Of a DNA stretch of 64,000 bases, positions 13,601 to 27,557 are shown piece by piece (positions within the stretch are counted from its first letter, which is position 1; each line of letters opens with the position of its first letter). Location of the stretch: positions 156,481-220,480 of the forward strand of contig BRZM01000133.1 in assembly GCA_033238685.1 (NCBI GenBank). The letters run 5' to 3'. The notes under the pieces were generated by a model, which searched no databases, was not told where the DNA came from, and was given only the letters and a program-made list of their open reading frames with translations. The position numbers and the translations under genes are program-made. This stretch comes from Lates japonicus (lineage: Eukaryota).

Positions 13601-15329
13601 GATCCTCAGTGTGAGAGGAGAACCGGAGCGGAGTCTCCTGTGGACGGAGAACCTGGAGAATGTGTTTAGTTTGGACGAGCTGAGCTTCACTGAACAACAT
13701 TACAAGGAACATAAAACCTTAATTCTCCTGCTGCTGAGGGTCAGGTTCAAACTGCTGGATGAAGTTTTCTTCTTCACACTCAAAGCTCTAATTCTGCAGG
13801 ATCTCTTCAGTCAGAGCTGAAACTGTTTTGTTTTGAGTTTTACAGAAGTTACAGAGAATTCATTCGTCAACAGAAAATGAATCAGCAGCTACTTTGATAA
13901 CTGACTGTTTTTCCAGTAAATGCTGAGGACCTGCAGTTTTATCGTCTCATGTGATGATAAACTGAATATTTCTCATTTTTGAAACGTCTCTCACAGTAAA
14001 CAGGTGATATGAACACGCCACCTCAGGCTTGAAGAAATCCTAGTGAGGAGCCTTTCTGTTTTTTTACACTAAAGGACTGATTGATCGATCAATTCAGAAA
14101 ACAACTGACAGATTAATCAATAATAGACATAATGTTCAGTTGCAGCTGTTCAGTTATAAATGATCTGCTTTTCATCTGTGTTTCAAGAGAAAGTTCATTA
14201 ATCCTGCAGCACTTTCTCTCTAAGTGGAAACTGTTTCAATAAGTGAGAGGATTTTCTGCTTCTCTCTGGATGATGTGACAGTAAACTGAAGATCTGTTGT
14301 TAGAACCAAACAAGATGTTTGAAGACATGTAAGGGAGAAAAATAATGTCAGACAAATCGATGATGAAAATAAAATCATTAGTTGCAGCCTCAGACTGAAG
14401 TTTGACAGCAGGAATTATGTTTACATTTTTTAATAAATGAGAAGAAACTGAATCCTGTCTTTTCTCCACTAAAACCAGAGCTTGTTACCAGGGAACATAT
14501 TTAATTGTGAGTTCCCTGCTGCTTCAGAAGTGTGTGTGTGTGTGTGTTTCAGACGGTCTCATGTTGTTGTTGGCGGCTGTGCTGAGTGTATTTGAGTGTT
14601 CAGGCCTCTGTATTTCCACGCCGCAGCGCTCCTCCTCCTGCCAGCAGCCTCCAGCCTGGCAGGACGGAGCAGGGCCTCTGGTTTCACTCCGCCTCATCCG
14701 CCTCACCTCGGCCTTAAACTTTACGCAGCGTTTAGAGGCCATTAGCTGGTGACAGCCGCTGCAGACGTGTTGTTTACATTCCTGCCGAGCCTGCGGAGCG
14801 CGGTGAGGTTCAGAGGTGGAGGAGGTTCAGGCTGACGTAGGATGGAGACGGAGGAACGAGGCCGGTCTTATCGGCTCTGCTGCCTGTGAGCGAGACGTCG
14901 ACGTTATCAGCTCGTTCTCTACAACTGATAAATGTGGGTTTAACAAAGCAGCAGGGAGGCGCCGGGCTGGAGTACTGTAGGGTGGAGGGTTCATGACCTG
15001 CAGCTTAGATTATTTCCACTACTGATGAACCTTCTCTGATCGTACTGGAATATGTTTCTACATTCTTCCTGTGTCTGATGACTGATTCATCTTTCTTCAC
15101 TTGGTTGTTGAAATGTGAACAAAACAGCAGAGCGACGTCTTTTTGTCCACAGGCTGAAGATCTGAGGCTTTAAATCACTAGAAGGAAAGTCAGAGGATCA
15201 GCACAGTCGGCAGGATTCATCCTCTGGGGAACATGAACGTCTGAACAACAGTTTGTTCCAACACTCAGATACTTTCTGAAGTTAAAAACCTGGAACCAGC
15301 CGACAGCTGGACACGAGAGGAGACCACAT

Positions 15330-15625
15330 CAGTCAGTCCTCTCTCCTCTCTCACTCTCTCACTCAGTGAGTTTGTTGTTTCCCTCGGGGGAGGTGGGGGA
15401 GGTGGGTGTGTGTTCTGCCTCCCGCTCTGTGGAACAATAGTGTTGGGAAAGGAAGTGTAGAAGGGGCCCAGCTCCGAGTCCTGGCTTTGTTCCTGAGAGC
15501 TGCTCCACGCCTCGAGAGCCTCCGTCAACACAAAATAACCCCCACCCTCCACCCTCCTCCCTCCTCCCTCCTCCCTCCACCCTCCACCCTCCTCCTCTTC
15601 CTCCCTCCTCGTCTTCCTCTGACAC
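15330..15625. repeat. Polypyrimidine/polypurine low-complexity tract with (CCCTCC)n-like and (CTCT)n units.
   Basis: 'ctctcctctctcactctctcactc…' and 'ccctccaccctcctccctcctccctcctccctccaccctccaccctcctcctcttcctccctcctc'. The strand asymmetry is strong. The overlapping ORFs 15265..15660 are composition artefacts. Confidence 0.75.
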
Positions 15626-18419
15626 AGAGTCACGGCCAGGTTACAGCTCAACGCCTCCATAACACAAACACACTTTAAAATGTCCGGCTCTCACTTCCTC
15701 ACACACACAAACCACTAACAACACAACTCACAGCCTGTGCACATGTTCACTGCAGCAGACGTCATGTTGCTGATATCTCAGTGTTTCTGTGTCTGTCAGC
15801 ATCAGGAAACACAGTTAAAGCCATGACAACAAGTCCCAACGACCAGACGTCCACTCATTACAAGGTAAAGTTGTAATGGATCTTAAGTAATCAGAGAAAC
15901 AAGATGAACAGCCGCTCGTGTCCGCCCAGAACGTCACAGAGAAACACTGATTCACTGAGCTGAGCTAACGTTAGCAGCAGCTCTGCTAACAGCCTGCAGC
16001 CTCTGACGTCCTCTGATTTACTGATGTGCAGCTCAGAACACGTCTAAATGATGAAAACAGAAAGTCCAGGTTCACCTGCTCAACAGACCAGAGATCAGTT
16101 CTGTTTTTAATGATGTGCGTAACTCTCACAGTTCAGGTTATAGGAGGAACCAGACGCAGTTCATGGCAAACTTCAGCTTCAGCTGCTGATCTGGGAGCAG
16201 TGATCTCAGAGGGTTAAAGAAGCTGCTCAGGTAAAGACACAAAGGAAACAAAGAGAAGAGGAGGAGGAGGTGCAGAGAGAGAGAGTTTTCTTTGGCTGTG
16301 AAAGAAGTTCCTGCTGTTTCATGACAAACTGAAAAACTAAGAGTTGTGATTCTGTTAAAAACAGAAGCTCAGTCGGGTCGGTGCTCAATGAGATTCAATA
16401 ACTGATCTGATTCTTTAAACAAACAGTCTCTGCTCTGTCTTTAGACAGAAACATGAAATCTATCATTTAGTCTGTTTCCCTCCGAATCGTCCAGAACAGC
16501 CGAGCACAGCTGGCAGATCTGTGGTCATCTACAGGTTCATGTTTATTCTGATGTTTCTCAGGAGTCGACAGAACCTCACGAGGACCTGGTTTCTGTGTCG
16601 GTGCAGCAGGAGGCTCCTGACGGCCTCATTCACACTCTGCTGTGGAAACCCTGATCAGACCTTCAGGTCGTCCAGACCAGACCAGACCAGTCCTCAGAGA
16701 AGGACAGTGTGGACACAAACGTGAACAGTCTGACTGCAGGGCACCAGCTAACAGGAGCTGATGGAGAGTCGACGGTGCGGTGGCAGTCGACTGCTGCTGA
16801 GTGGACGGTAAATATCCACATTCTGACAGCAGCCTGTTAATGAGACACTCCATGTCTCAGGAAAAGAGTCTGAGTTGTTCTGAAGGGAATTTGATCAGAG
16901 ATCTGCAGGTTTAAAGCTCAGGGCTTCAGTTGGTGTGTTGAGATTCAGAATGACCAAAATGAGACATAAGACAACTACAAAGAGACAAAGAACGACTACA
17001 AAGAGTCTTAAAACAACAACAAAGAGACACAGAGCTACTACAGAGACACAAAATGACCAAACTGAGACGTAAAACAAGTCATGTTTTGTCGGTGCAGAGT
17101 CTCAGGGTGGGGTGTGATGTGTGTGCTGTGTGTTCCTGTTTCTACCCGAACCTAAAACAAGAAATGCCTCAGCTCTCCACACGTATTGTTCAGAGCTCCA
17201 CGCCCGTTCCTCTGCTCATAATGGACGTTTTCCTCAAGAACAAACCTCCATCTTTTCTGGACAATCTTAGTTCCCCACCCTCTCCGCCCAGCCTCCGACA
17301 TGTGACCGGGCATGCCTGCTTTGGTGGGCAGCGTGGGCGCGGCAGATCGAGCCTCCGCTAACAGTAACAGAGATAAGGTGACACATTAACCACAGCAGCT
17401 CTGTGGTGTTTCATCTGATACAGCTACAACATGAAAACTGCAGGAACACTGTGTTTCTTATGTTACCAGCTGTTTGTCCAGAGCTGAGCTCAGACACTGG
17501 TCACTGTGTTGATCCCGTCTTTACTGTTTTCTACTGTGTTTTGTCCACTTCAGTCTGTCACAGCTGCAGAGCTGCAGGGCGCCATGAAATTTGGATTCAT
17601 CATGATTTGACTTTTGTTGTAGCTGCCTCAGTTCACTCAGAGTCTCGGGCTGCGACGTGATGATTTATCAGAAATAAAAACGTCTGTTCTTTCAATTTAT
17701 CCTTTATATCGTGGCGTCGCAAAAGTTTCTGTGTTGATGTGGATGTGTGTGAGACTTTTGTCTCCATCAGTTATTTACACCTAAAAACACAAACCAGGCT
17801 CAAAAATAAAGGACTGATCTCTTTTTACATAGAAACAAAGTAAAAGTTTGGATTTATCTGTTCCACTCTGTGACTCAACTGCGACTTTACATAAATGAAC
17901 AATGTTTGTGTTTTATTGTTGTTTAAATGTGATATGGCTGTTTGAAACATACGACCTGTAGATGATCTACACAGCAGGAATTCTTGAACACTAACGAACA
18001 TATTGTCTGTAGAAACAAGTTCAGGGTAAACTCTTCTGATGTTACACTCCTCTGCAGCATGATGATATATATCGTTATCAGGATGTTTGAGATGTTTGTC
18101 ATGTTGCACGGCCCAGACTGAGTCTTACAGTGACTGAAGCACAAAACTAACTGTGCTGAGCTCAGGTGTCAGGTGAGTTTTACCTGTCTCTGGAGCAGTG
18201 GCAGAAAACCAGAGGCAGCTTCAGCCTCAGAAATGAAAACCAGACTAAAACTGACAGTAATCAGTAACATGAATTAATCCACATTTCTGTCAAAGACCTG
18301 AAACTGAATCAAACTCAGGAGCTGAACTCTGACAGTTTCCTCTCTGTGTTTCTGCCCTGCAGCTCCACATCTCCACAACAACTCCTCCACTTTTTCAGCC
18401 TGTGAGTGAGATTCTGTTT

Positions 18420-18800
18420 GAAGTCGACTTAAAGCCTCGCCGGGGAAAAGAGCAGCGAGAGTGTGCTGGCAGCGCCGCAGACGCCCGTGAGGCCGCGCTC
18501 TCCTTTCTCCTCTTTGTCGTCGGCTGAAAACTCGAGGAAACGCTCGGCGCTCTGTGTTTCACCGGAGTCAGATTCCAGCCTCGGAGAAAGGGGGGGTCGA
18601 AGGTTTTCGCTATGGGGTCCACATACCAGCACCATGACATCACCGCCTCAGCTCTTCCCCCTGCATTCAAACTCACTCTGCTGCTCTGACAATGGCTGGC
18701 ACACACACAACTCCAGGGATTTTAGGAGAGAAAGAACAACTGAAACTTTCAACTTCGAGTCCACAGCTGTGAGTCACGTCAGGCCGAGCGGCCGCCCTCC
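18420..18800. promoter_or_regulatory. CpG-rich island inside caskin2 intron 1.
   Basis: 'cgccggggaaaagagcagcgag…gccgcagacgcccgtgaggccgcgctc…gtcgtcggc…aacgctcggcgc…gtcaggccgagcggccgccc'. The overlapping ORFs 18463..18903 (+) and 18395..18706 (-) are low complexity with no recognisable homology. Confidence 0.35.
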
Positions 18801-19595
18801 AACTGATCCTGTTTTAAAGCGTCAGAATAAACAGACCTGGACAGACGTGCTTTTATACGCAGCAGCAGCCAAAGTTTCAGAGTGGAAATGCAGCCATTTA
18901 TAGCATCTCACCACAGCTCTGACCCAAATGACTGTTCTGTGAATTCCTCTCGTGCTCAGCGGTGGGAAATGTTCTTCAGTCAGAGACACATCAGAGTCAG
19001 ATACAAGACAGGAGACTCACCATCAACAGCTGAGCCTCTTCACAGAGAGGTTCACCAGAGAGGATTCTGGGTATTGTGTGCGGTACAAGTGAAAGGGATC
19101 TCTGTAATTGATAAACAGTTTTCTCTATTTAACATCAGAAAACAGTAAAATGCCTCTAAATGTTTATCTGACAAAACAGAAAGAAAACACATCATGGTCA
19201 CTTATTCTAACCTTACATCTAAAACCTTTAACCTGATGAAGGGTTTTAGTCATCAGACGTCTGAAGCTGATTCCACTCATGATTCATCTGCTGCTTGTTT
19301 TCATGATCAATCAATCAATCGTTTTGATCTATAAAATGTCAGGAAATACTGAAAAGTGACGACCACATCGTCTGGTTCAAAACCCAAAGATGTTTCATTA
19401 TCAGTGTGAAGAACAGGTAGACGCAGCACACACAGGTGAGTGAAACCAGAGCTAACTGATCACATGTAACAAAAACATGAACCTCAGACTTGCAGGTGTG
19501 AAAACAGCCTCAGTCAGTTATAAACTGAAACCTTCGGCAGGTTGGGTCAGTCTTAAAATCACTGCATCACTCTCTCTCTCTCTATCTCTGTCTCT

Positions 19596-20026
19596 GGAGC
19601 TGTAGAGTCTGATCTGTCATGTCATGCCTCCTGCTGCTCCCACGATCCTGCTCAACGACTGTTGTCACATTCAAAATGTATTAGTCTTATTGCTAATACT
19701 GTTTTTACTATTATAACTGTCATTATTATTTGTATAGCTATCATTACTGTTATTTATTTTACTTATATCTCTACATCTGCGTCACATCTCTTTCTCAACC
19801 CAACCGGTCGAGGCAGATGACTGCCCACCCTGAGTCTGGTTCTGCTCAAGGTTTCTACCTCTTAAAGTTTTTCCTCTCCACAGTTGCCTAGTGCTGCTCA
19901 TGGTGGATCTGTTGGGTCCCTCTTTGTAAATATTATATTATAAAGAGTACAGTCTAGACCTGATCTATATGCCTTGAGATGATTTCTGTTGTGATTTGGC
20001 GCTATATAAATAAAAATTTACTTTAA
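19596..20026. mobile_element. Dispersed SINE-like repeat (family B), about 430 bp. It starts after a (CT)n tract and ends 'gcgctatataaataaaaatttactt'.
   Basis: It is about 80% similar over more than 350 bp to the copy at 43013-43370. Both copies begin 'gagctgtagagtctg(g)atctgt…cctgctgctcccacgatcctgctcaac' and end '…ggatctgttgggt…tataaataaaaa'. Confidence 0.8.
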
Positions 20027-23000
20027 GAGCTGACAGACGAGATGAGATTTAAACCGAATGCCGAGAGGGAGCCTGAAAACATCTGCAAACTCTGTTTGAT
20101 GAAGGTGGCGACATTTGGAGGAAACACTTCTAATCTACACAAACACCTTCAGTTGCAGCAGAAGACTGAGGCTGACAAAGTGTAGAGAGACCAGACACAC
20201 AGCTCATCCATAGGTGGTGCGTTCGGGTGAAGCAGTAAATATAAGAAGGATGGTGAGAAGTGGAACATGCAATGCTGAGAAAACAACCTTCGCAGCATTC
20301 GTTTCAAAAACTCAGAAAGAGAACTCTACAGATGTTGAGCTGACACATGTCTTTTTCTGTAAAATGTCCACAAATGTTCAGTTTCCACACGGTGACGTCC
20401 CTGCTGTCGATGAACCACACCCACAGCGTGACCTGCAGCAGTGAAGCAGAACAGATGTGCTGTGGAAACACGGCGGTCAGGGCTTGACAAGATGCATTCA
20501 GTGTTCTTTAATGTTAACGGTCACATCTCGTAACCTCACAGTCACTCGGTGAGTCATGTGACCTCTGAGCTGCAGCGATAAAAGGCAACGACTCCAGTTT
20601 GAAACTTACAAAAGAGAAACCGACCAACGAGACAGAACATCCATTACATAACGCAGCAAATAAAGAGAAACTCCAGCAGCCATCATCTGCTGCACACACT
20701 GTATCCCACTACACAATATACACAATATACACAGGACATCGCCCCAAACCACGTTCATTATTGTTTTTGTTTTTTTTTTTCATTTCAAAGCTTCTATAAA
20801 AAGTGAAGAGAGGACCTGTTTCCTGTACGGCTGCTGCGAGCACGCTCACAGGCAGCTTCTTTTAGAGGAGGCTGATCTCATTATTCCAGAGAAGGTGTTT
20901 ATGTGGAAAATAAGGAGACCGATAACTATCAGCATGAGAGCATCAGTTCAACAGCAGTTCAACAGACGTCCCAGAGGCTGGAGACGTGTTTCAAAACTCT
21001 ATGTGGGTTAATTAGCTGAATTTCTGAATTTCTGAGGACTCTCAGAGAAGGAAATCAGTTTGTGCTCCTGTTTTTAGACAAAGGAGTAAAAATATCTTGT
21101 GAACAGTGATGAATCAAACTTTGCACAGCTCCTCAGACAATGCACAAATTCATTCATTTAAAATGAGTCGGGATGGAGCTGGATAGAAGAGATATGTCGT
21201 GTACGATGTATGTCGAGTACTTTTTTTGTTGATAGTTTTCTCTATTAAACTGTGAAAATGTCCTTTATTTCTTTCTTTATTTCTTGTTTTGTCCGACAAA
21301 CCTCAGATATTCAGTTTACAAAAAAAGAAAAGCAACAAACAGAGTTTTCGTCTGTCGGCCGTCTGGATTATCTCACTGTTTCACTGTCACTTTTTCTAAC
21401 CTTAGATCACTAATCTTCAACCTGAAGGATTTTAATCGTCAGACGTCTGGATCTGAAGTTATCAGAGAAACAAGCTGAGCTAACAGCCGCTCCTGACGTC
21501 CAGTGTCCACTCAAAAAACATTTTATTCAGTGTTTGACTGGTTTGAATCAGCTGCTCTGTTTGTTTTGGAGAGGAGGAAACCTCTGAGGGGAATTCAGCT
21601 CCTGAACCATCAACACTGAAGGAATCCTGACCCAGAAACAAGCTGAGGTAACGTTAGCAGCAGCTCCTCTGAGAAACACTGATTTAATGTGAAACTATTT
21701 TATTAAATGCTTTCACTGGGTTGAATCAGCGGGTCTGTTTGTTTTGACAGCAGTGGTAAAAAGAAAGAGCAGAGATTTCTTTGCTTGGAAAGACGACGGT
21801 GATTCGGGGAAGGATACGTCGTGACAGAACGTGAATGTGGGCATCATTGGTTCCAAAAGTCTCTGTTTTAGAGCCTCGAAAAGTCCGGAGTAATGTGGAC
21901 GCCAGGTGTTACCATAGCAACAGCGATGAGTTTTAAAACTAAAGAGTGGATGCTTGATAAAAACAGACCCAGAGTCAGTTATAGAAAATAAAGTCAGGCC
22001 TCTGTGGGTTTCTTCTCCGTCCTCTGGAGTCAGGACTAAAACCTCTGACAGCCAGAGGTCCTGAGGGCCCCCCCCCCCAGTCCCAACACAACACAGCAGC
22101 TTTGTTTCCCTTTTCAGAGGTAAGACTGCTTTAAAGCCTATAGGAGACCTGTCTGTTTAGTGGAGCAATTAAACATTTAACACTCCAACAGCAGAGTTGA
22201 CAGGCAAACACTATCAGCTCAGACACACAGGCAGAATTTCATGCACTGTCTGAAAGCTTTTAACACTTTCCCTCAAATCTGTCTCGTGTGGAGGAGAGAG
22301 GAAAGTTTCCCTCCTCACTATCCCCCTGGTTTATATTTGGTGTTTTGTGATGAGAGGGTGGAAGCAGAGCGAAGCAGCAGAGTCCCACCAAACTTCCTCA
22401 GAGTAAGAAGTGACTGACTGACTGAACAAACAGTCTTCTGTATTTGCTTGGCCTTTCCACAGAGCAGAGTACATTCGCTGTAAAGGAAACGTCCTGGTTC
22501 TGGGTCTCTCTTCACAGTGTGGATGGAGCAGCGAGGGTGTGAAGCTCTGAATTTGCTCCAGTTACATATGAGGCCTGTCAAGTGACTCAGTTATTCCCCA
22601 TTTGTCAGCAGGAAAACCAAGACGTTTGACAGCAGGCAGCAAGCAATTTGCACAGAAAACTCTGCACTAAATGATTTTCTGGAGAAAGACACACATTTGA
22701 AAAACTGGGTCTGAATATATGAGAGTCCCAGAATTCCTCTGTCCTCAGAGAAAGTTAGCGTTAGACTGAAACTGGCTCTACATCAGAACATATTACTACA
22801 CCTGTTATTGCTCTGTTTAACTTTGTTTTTCAGGTACGATTTCCCTCTAACTGAGTGATAGTCAGCAGATTAAACTGCTGGAATCAGACCCAGAGAGTTC
22901 AGACTGATGCTGAACTGTAGATCAGTTAAAGAGACTTAGGAGTCATTAAAAACCAGAGTTAGAAACAGGGTTTGTTGTTAAGCTGAGACATCCTTCGTCA

Positions 23001-23662
23001 GGGACATGATTGTGTTGATATATGAAGATTTAATCTGATCTCACAGGTTCAGACTCCTCTGGAGCTCAGATAGGAGCCGTTTCCTAATTTAAGAAACCTG
23101 ATAAAATGCTTTGACTTCCAGGCCGGTTAAAAGTGATTTGCTCCTTGAGACTCTTGATAGAACCTGAGCCAGATCCTTAAAAGCAGGAAAAGTGTGAAGT
23201 CTTAGAGGTGGAGGAGCTGCAGAGTGAAGCAGGGGCTCAAAGTTTGTGGGAGATGATTGGCTGAGCTGAGTTTGAACCCAAACTCATGAATAAAACATGA
23301 GTGTGTGGAGAGACAGCAGACATCCAGAGTGGGCGTTCATCGGCCAAACACCCCCCCACCCTCCAACCCCTCTTTTGTAGCAGAGACTCCAACACACTGC
23401 TCGCTGTTTTGTCTCGGTTCTCAACGGCCGGCTTTTCATGGAAGGACGACAGGTTTACGAGGCTCCAATAATGGGACACTGATGAGCTTCAACACCAAAC
23501 ACCTCTCCAATGGCTCAATAATAACGCCTCCTGTGGCACACTTCTGTTAAATCAGACAGATGGGGATGTTAGAGGTCGCTTTTGTTTGTGGTTCAAACGT
23601 TTAAAAACCCACCAGAGTCTGTGGGAGTGACTCTGTGATGAGAGAACATCAGATTTGTAAAC

Positions 23663-24030
23663 TCCCTCAGTGATGATGTGTTTCTGTAGTCCAACCTGAA
23701 GTTAGCATCAGCCAGGTTCCTCCACAAAAAGACAATTAAGATTATTTCACTGTGTTCTGGATTATTCCAGAAAATAAACCGAGCAGCTAAAGTTTCTGAT
23801 CCTTCCAGGTTTAGTTGATCAGATAATCTTCACAGATGAACACCACTGTTCTGATGTTTGAAGCCTAAATCCAATCTCCAGAAGTAAAAAGCTAATGTTA
23901 GGCTATAAACCAACTACACCACGGTCACATGACGTCAACGTCTCCACCACTAAGCTTCCAACTGGTCATTTCATTTAGCTCTGAGCTCTTCTACAAAAGC
24001 CTTTCTTCTTAGAAAGTTAGTGATAGTTGG
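23663..24030. mobile_element. Dispersed repeat (family C), about 350 bp.
   Basis: It is near-identical to 52222-52560 ('cagtgatgatgtgtttctgtagtcc…cctgaagttagc…aaaccaactacaccacggtcacatgacgtcaacgtctccacc…ctaagcttccaactggtcatttc…gaaagttagtgatagtt'). Confidence 0.8.
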
Positions 24031-26852
24031 ACGTGTTGAACGTCACTCTGATCTCAAACCTGTTGTTCTCCCATAGTACGTTCACATTTTAACCAAGAGA
24101 CAGTCACTGCTGAACTTTACGGCCGTTTTGCTTGGATTGGTTTCCAATCGAGCCCTGAACAGGCAGGGGGGTCAACTCTGCCAATATATTGCATTTTTAA
24201 TGACCTCATCTTGTTGTTTTCTTTTCTTCTGCAGTGCTTTACTGACACAGACTGGGGAACCAGCTCCATTCATTACATTCACATAAAGATAATGAGGGAA
24301 ACATGTTTTTTTTCCCAAATTCTGTTCAAATTTCTGCAACATTCGGAGGTAAACCTGGACACTGGACGGCAGCAGAGGAGGTTGAACCAGCGTCTGGTTC
24401 AAAAGTTCATTTGCCCATTTAGAGACAAGGTGCTGTTCTCCTGTGTCCAGGGGCTTTGTTGATGTTTGGGGCCCTAAAGAAAAGGGTCTTAAACTTGGTC
24501 TTAAATTTTGAAAATCAATTCACAGAAACTCTACACTTCCTGGAAAACTATGTTAAAATTCTGGGCCAATGAAAGGAAAAGCCTTAAGCCTTAACCTTTT
24601 TTTTTAAGTCAATCTGTGAAAAGTTCCACTGAACAAATGTTTGACTTCACTTTCTCAAAGAACTCCTGAGAAGTGAAGTGAGGTTATCAGATTAAATTCT
24701 AATTCAATAGAGCAGCACAGTCACAGAGAGCTGACTGTAAACAGCAGAGCTATGGGAATGAGATTCCACAGCATCTGATAAACAAAGCTGAACCCCCCCA
24801 CCCCTCCCCAGCACTATAATTCCTTTTAATCCTGGCTGGGCACCATCTGGGAGCTCCTTGTGATTTGGGTGATAGCAGTTGGGCGTGGGGCAGATACTGA
24901 AGCACCAGATGTCAGGAGGACAGAGTTTGGGTCGCACATGTCCTTCACAAATCACAGGAAACATCTCAAAATCCCAAAGAGGCCGTCGGTTTTTCATCAA
25001 GCAAGAGAAGCAGAAGTTTCTTTCTTCCCCTGGTGGAGGAATTGTGGCAGACATTAAGAGGTCTCAGACATTCGATAGGCCGGTGTTTGCAGCACACAAT
25101 GGTCGACAAAGCTCTCGAGTAACATAAAGGTGATGGATTGGGCGTGTTGAGGTGGAGAACAATGGGTGGGAGTAATGTGACAGTCTGCAGGAAGTCCCTG
25201 AGGGAGCAGGACAGGCCTGTCAGCTGTCTGCAGACACCATCTCCATACACCCTGAGACTCCTGCCTCCTCTACACCTGCCACATGCAGGGAACGCCACCG
25301 CCACATCATGAGGGAGTTATCATCACCAGTTTCTAACTTTCAGCTTATTTAGGTTGAACTGTAGAGAATCAGGAAGCTGGAGACAGTGATGATCACCAAC
25401 GTCTTCTCTCATGATACAATATGAAAGCTGTAAACCTCTCTGTCGCCCCCACAGAGATCTCATTACACCGCCATTGCTTGTTGACACCGAACAAAGCCGA
25501 TGTGATGACGCCCTGGTTTGTGATTTTATACAGCACGCTGCTCCAATGGAAACCTTCACTGCTGGATTTAAGGTGGATTTAAGCTGCTGTTTGTGGTGCG
25601 TTCCAGTTGTACTTGGAAGTTGGAATTTCTGAGTTCCTAGTCTGAAGTTTGAACCTGAACGCCCCTTGAAGTCGGATTTCCAACTCGGAAAGTCGGAGCA
25701 ACTGCTGATGTTAACAATGGCTATCTGAGGTGTTCTATAAACTCCATGTTTTTCCGACTTCTCAACTGGAACGCCGTTACCCCGGAGGTGACGTCACTCC
25801 CGGGTCCAACCTCCGATGTAAATGGAACAAAGCACAAGCACTACTTCCTGTTTACACCGACATGCACATGCCCAGTGTGTGTGAACTGTCATGTGATAAG
25901 TATTTTCATGTGTGTTAGCAAACATCAGAGAGAAAATGTATGAATCAAACATAAACTGGGAAATTAATTCTTCTAAAGGTTCATGGGCATCAGACTCTAA
26001 AGCAAAAAACAAACATGGCTGCCTCATGTTTTAACCCGATGTGTTGACCTCCAACTCTTCACCTCCTGACGCTCCTTCATTTACCCTCAGAGGTCAGAGG
26101 TCAGAGAAGAAGCTGGACGCCGGCCGTGTGGACGGTCTTGTGACAGGTGAGAGGTTATCTGCCTGATAAAGACTGACCTCCTGCCGGCCCCGGGGCCCTC
26201 AGCGGGCCCCTCTCCTCAGTCACTCTGACGGCAAACAAAACCTGCTGTCAGGCAGAGAGGCGACGGAGAGAGAGGAGGAACGAGTGAGCCCGACTTTATC
26301 AGATTATATCCACAAACTCTGGTTTTACTGGGTGTTGTTTGTTTCCTTTTTATAATATTTGATCATTTTTCCAAACATGAATGGACAGAAAACAAAACTC
26401 CATGAGAAACTGATTCACTGCTGAACACATCGAACACTGAACACTGACCGACTCCAGCTTTAGCAGCAGGTGGTCCCAGGTTCATGTCCCTGCACAGGGT
26501 CCGCACAGAACAGAACTATAAACAGAACTACGTCCACTCTCACGGTCAGTTTCTGACTCGACGCTGCAGCTCTCGGCTGTTTCCTCAGAGCAGGACACAG
26601 TGAAGGAGTGGTAAAGACAGACCGGACACACTGTTGTAACTGGAGATAACAGACATTGTAGAGGAGCACAATGAAATCTGCTCAGTAGAGTCACCTCTCT
26701 CCTGTTTTCAGTCGCAAAAAAAAATCAAAATATTTGTATCCATGAATTTAAAACATCTACTCTTCCTCCAAAGTGAAATCAGAGATTCAGAGACAAACAA
26801 CTCGTCCTCTGCCTCATTTAAAACCATGTTTCACAGCAGCTTGTAAAGATTC

Positions 26853-26945
26853 ACACAGTAACACAGACACACTAACAGATGGAGGCAGTGGTATTCCAGC
26901 AGCTCCTGGTAAAATCCCTGTTTTTGTCAATGGAGTCTGGTAGTG
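26853..26945. mobile_element. Family A solo right arm.
   Basis: 'cacacagtaacacagacacactaacagatggaggcagtggtattccagcagctcctggtaaaatccctgtttttgtcaatggagtctggtag'. Confidence 0.7.
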
Positions 26946-27557
26946 AAATGTAGTGATGGTTCTTTTATCCACTATAATCCATCTGTGTGTTGCTGTGAGG
27001 TTGAAATATTCATGGAGGCAGCAGACAGACAGAGAGCAGGATCATCATCCATTTAGTTTTAGGATGGAGAGTTTCAGAAGGAGTCAGCTGCTCCTCTGCC
27101 TCCCTGCTGTCTGCACGTTTATTACCAGAGAATCAGCTGAGGTTAATGCTGATGAAGCTTCGTCTGGATTTTAAATCCACTGTTTTCTCCCTGTGTTTCC
27201 AAACGTGGCCATTTTAACACCAAGAAACTGCAGAGCGCTCCACACTCCTCCTGCATGTTTGACTTGGAGAAGAGAGTGAAACCAGCATGACTCTGCTCTG
27301 AAACCATAATAATACCAATCTAAACAGGAAGATGGATGAGAGGTCAGGATGAGGACACGTAGCAGACGACTGGATTATTTAATAACTGTTAAATAAGTTA
27401 TTTACAGAGCAAACTGAATTTATCAAACTTTAAATGTCTTTACCGATTTAAATTTACTCCCATCACACTTTTCAATAAATTACCAGTCACATAAATCTAC
27501 AATTATTACACTGGTCAGGCTGGAATTAATCCACACAGACACTCAGCTACAGCTTTG

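Noticed and set aside
15265-15678. Overlapping ORFs of 131, 88 and 90 aa rich in G/E/R or P/L/S.
   Set aside because: They lie on a polypurine/polypyrimidine (CCCTCC)n tract, and the stop-free frames result from low-complexity composition.
18463-18903. The 146-aa plus-strand ORF in a CpG-rich region.
   Set aside because: It is Ser/Pro/Arg-rich and low complexity, with no recognisable domain. CpG islands commonly yield long stop-free frames. It is kept only as a possible regulatory island.
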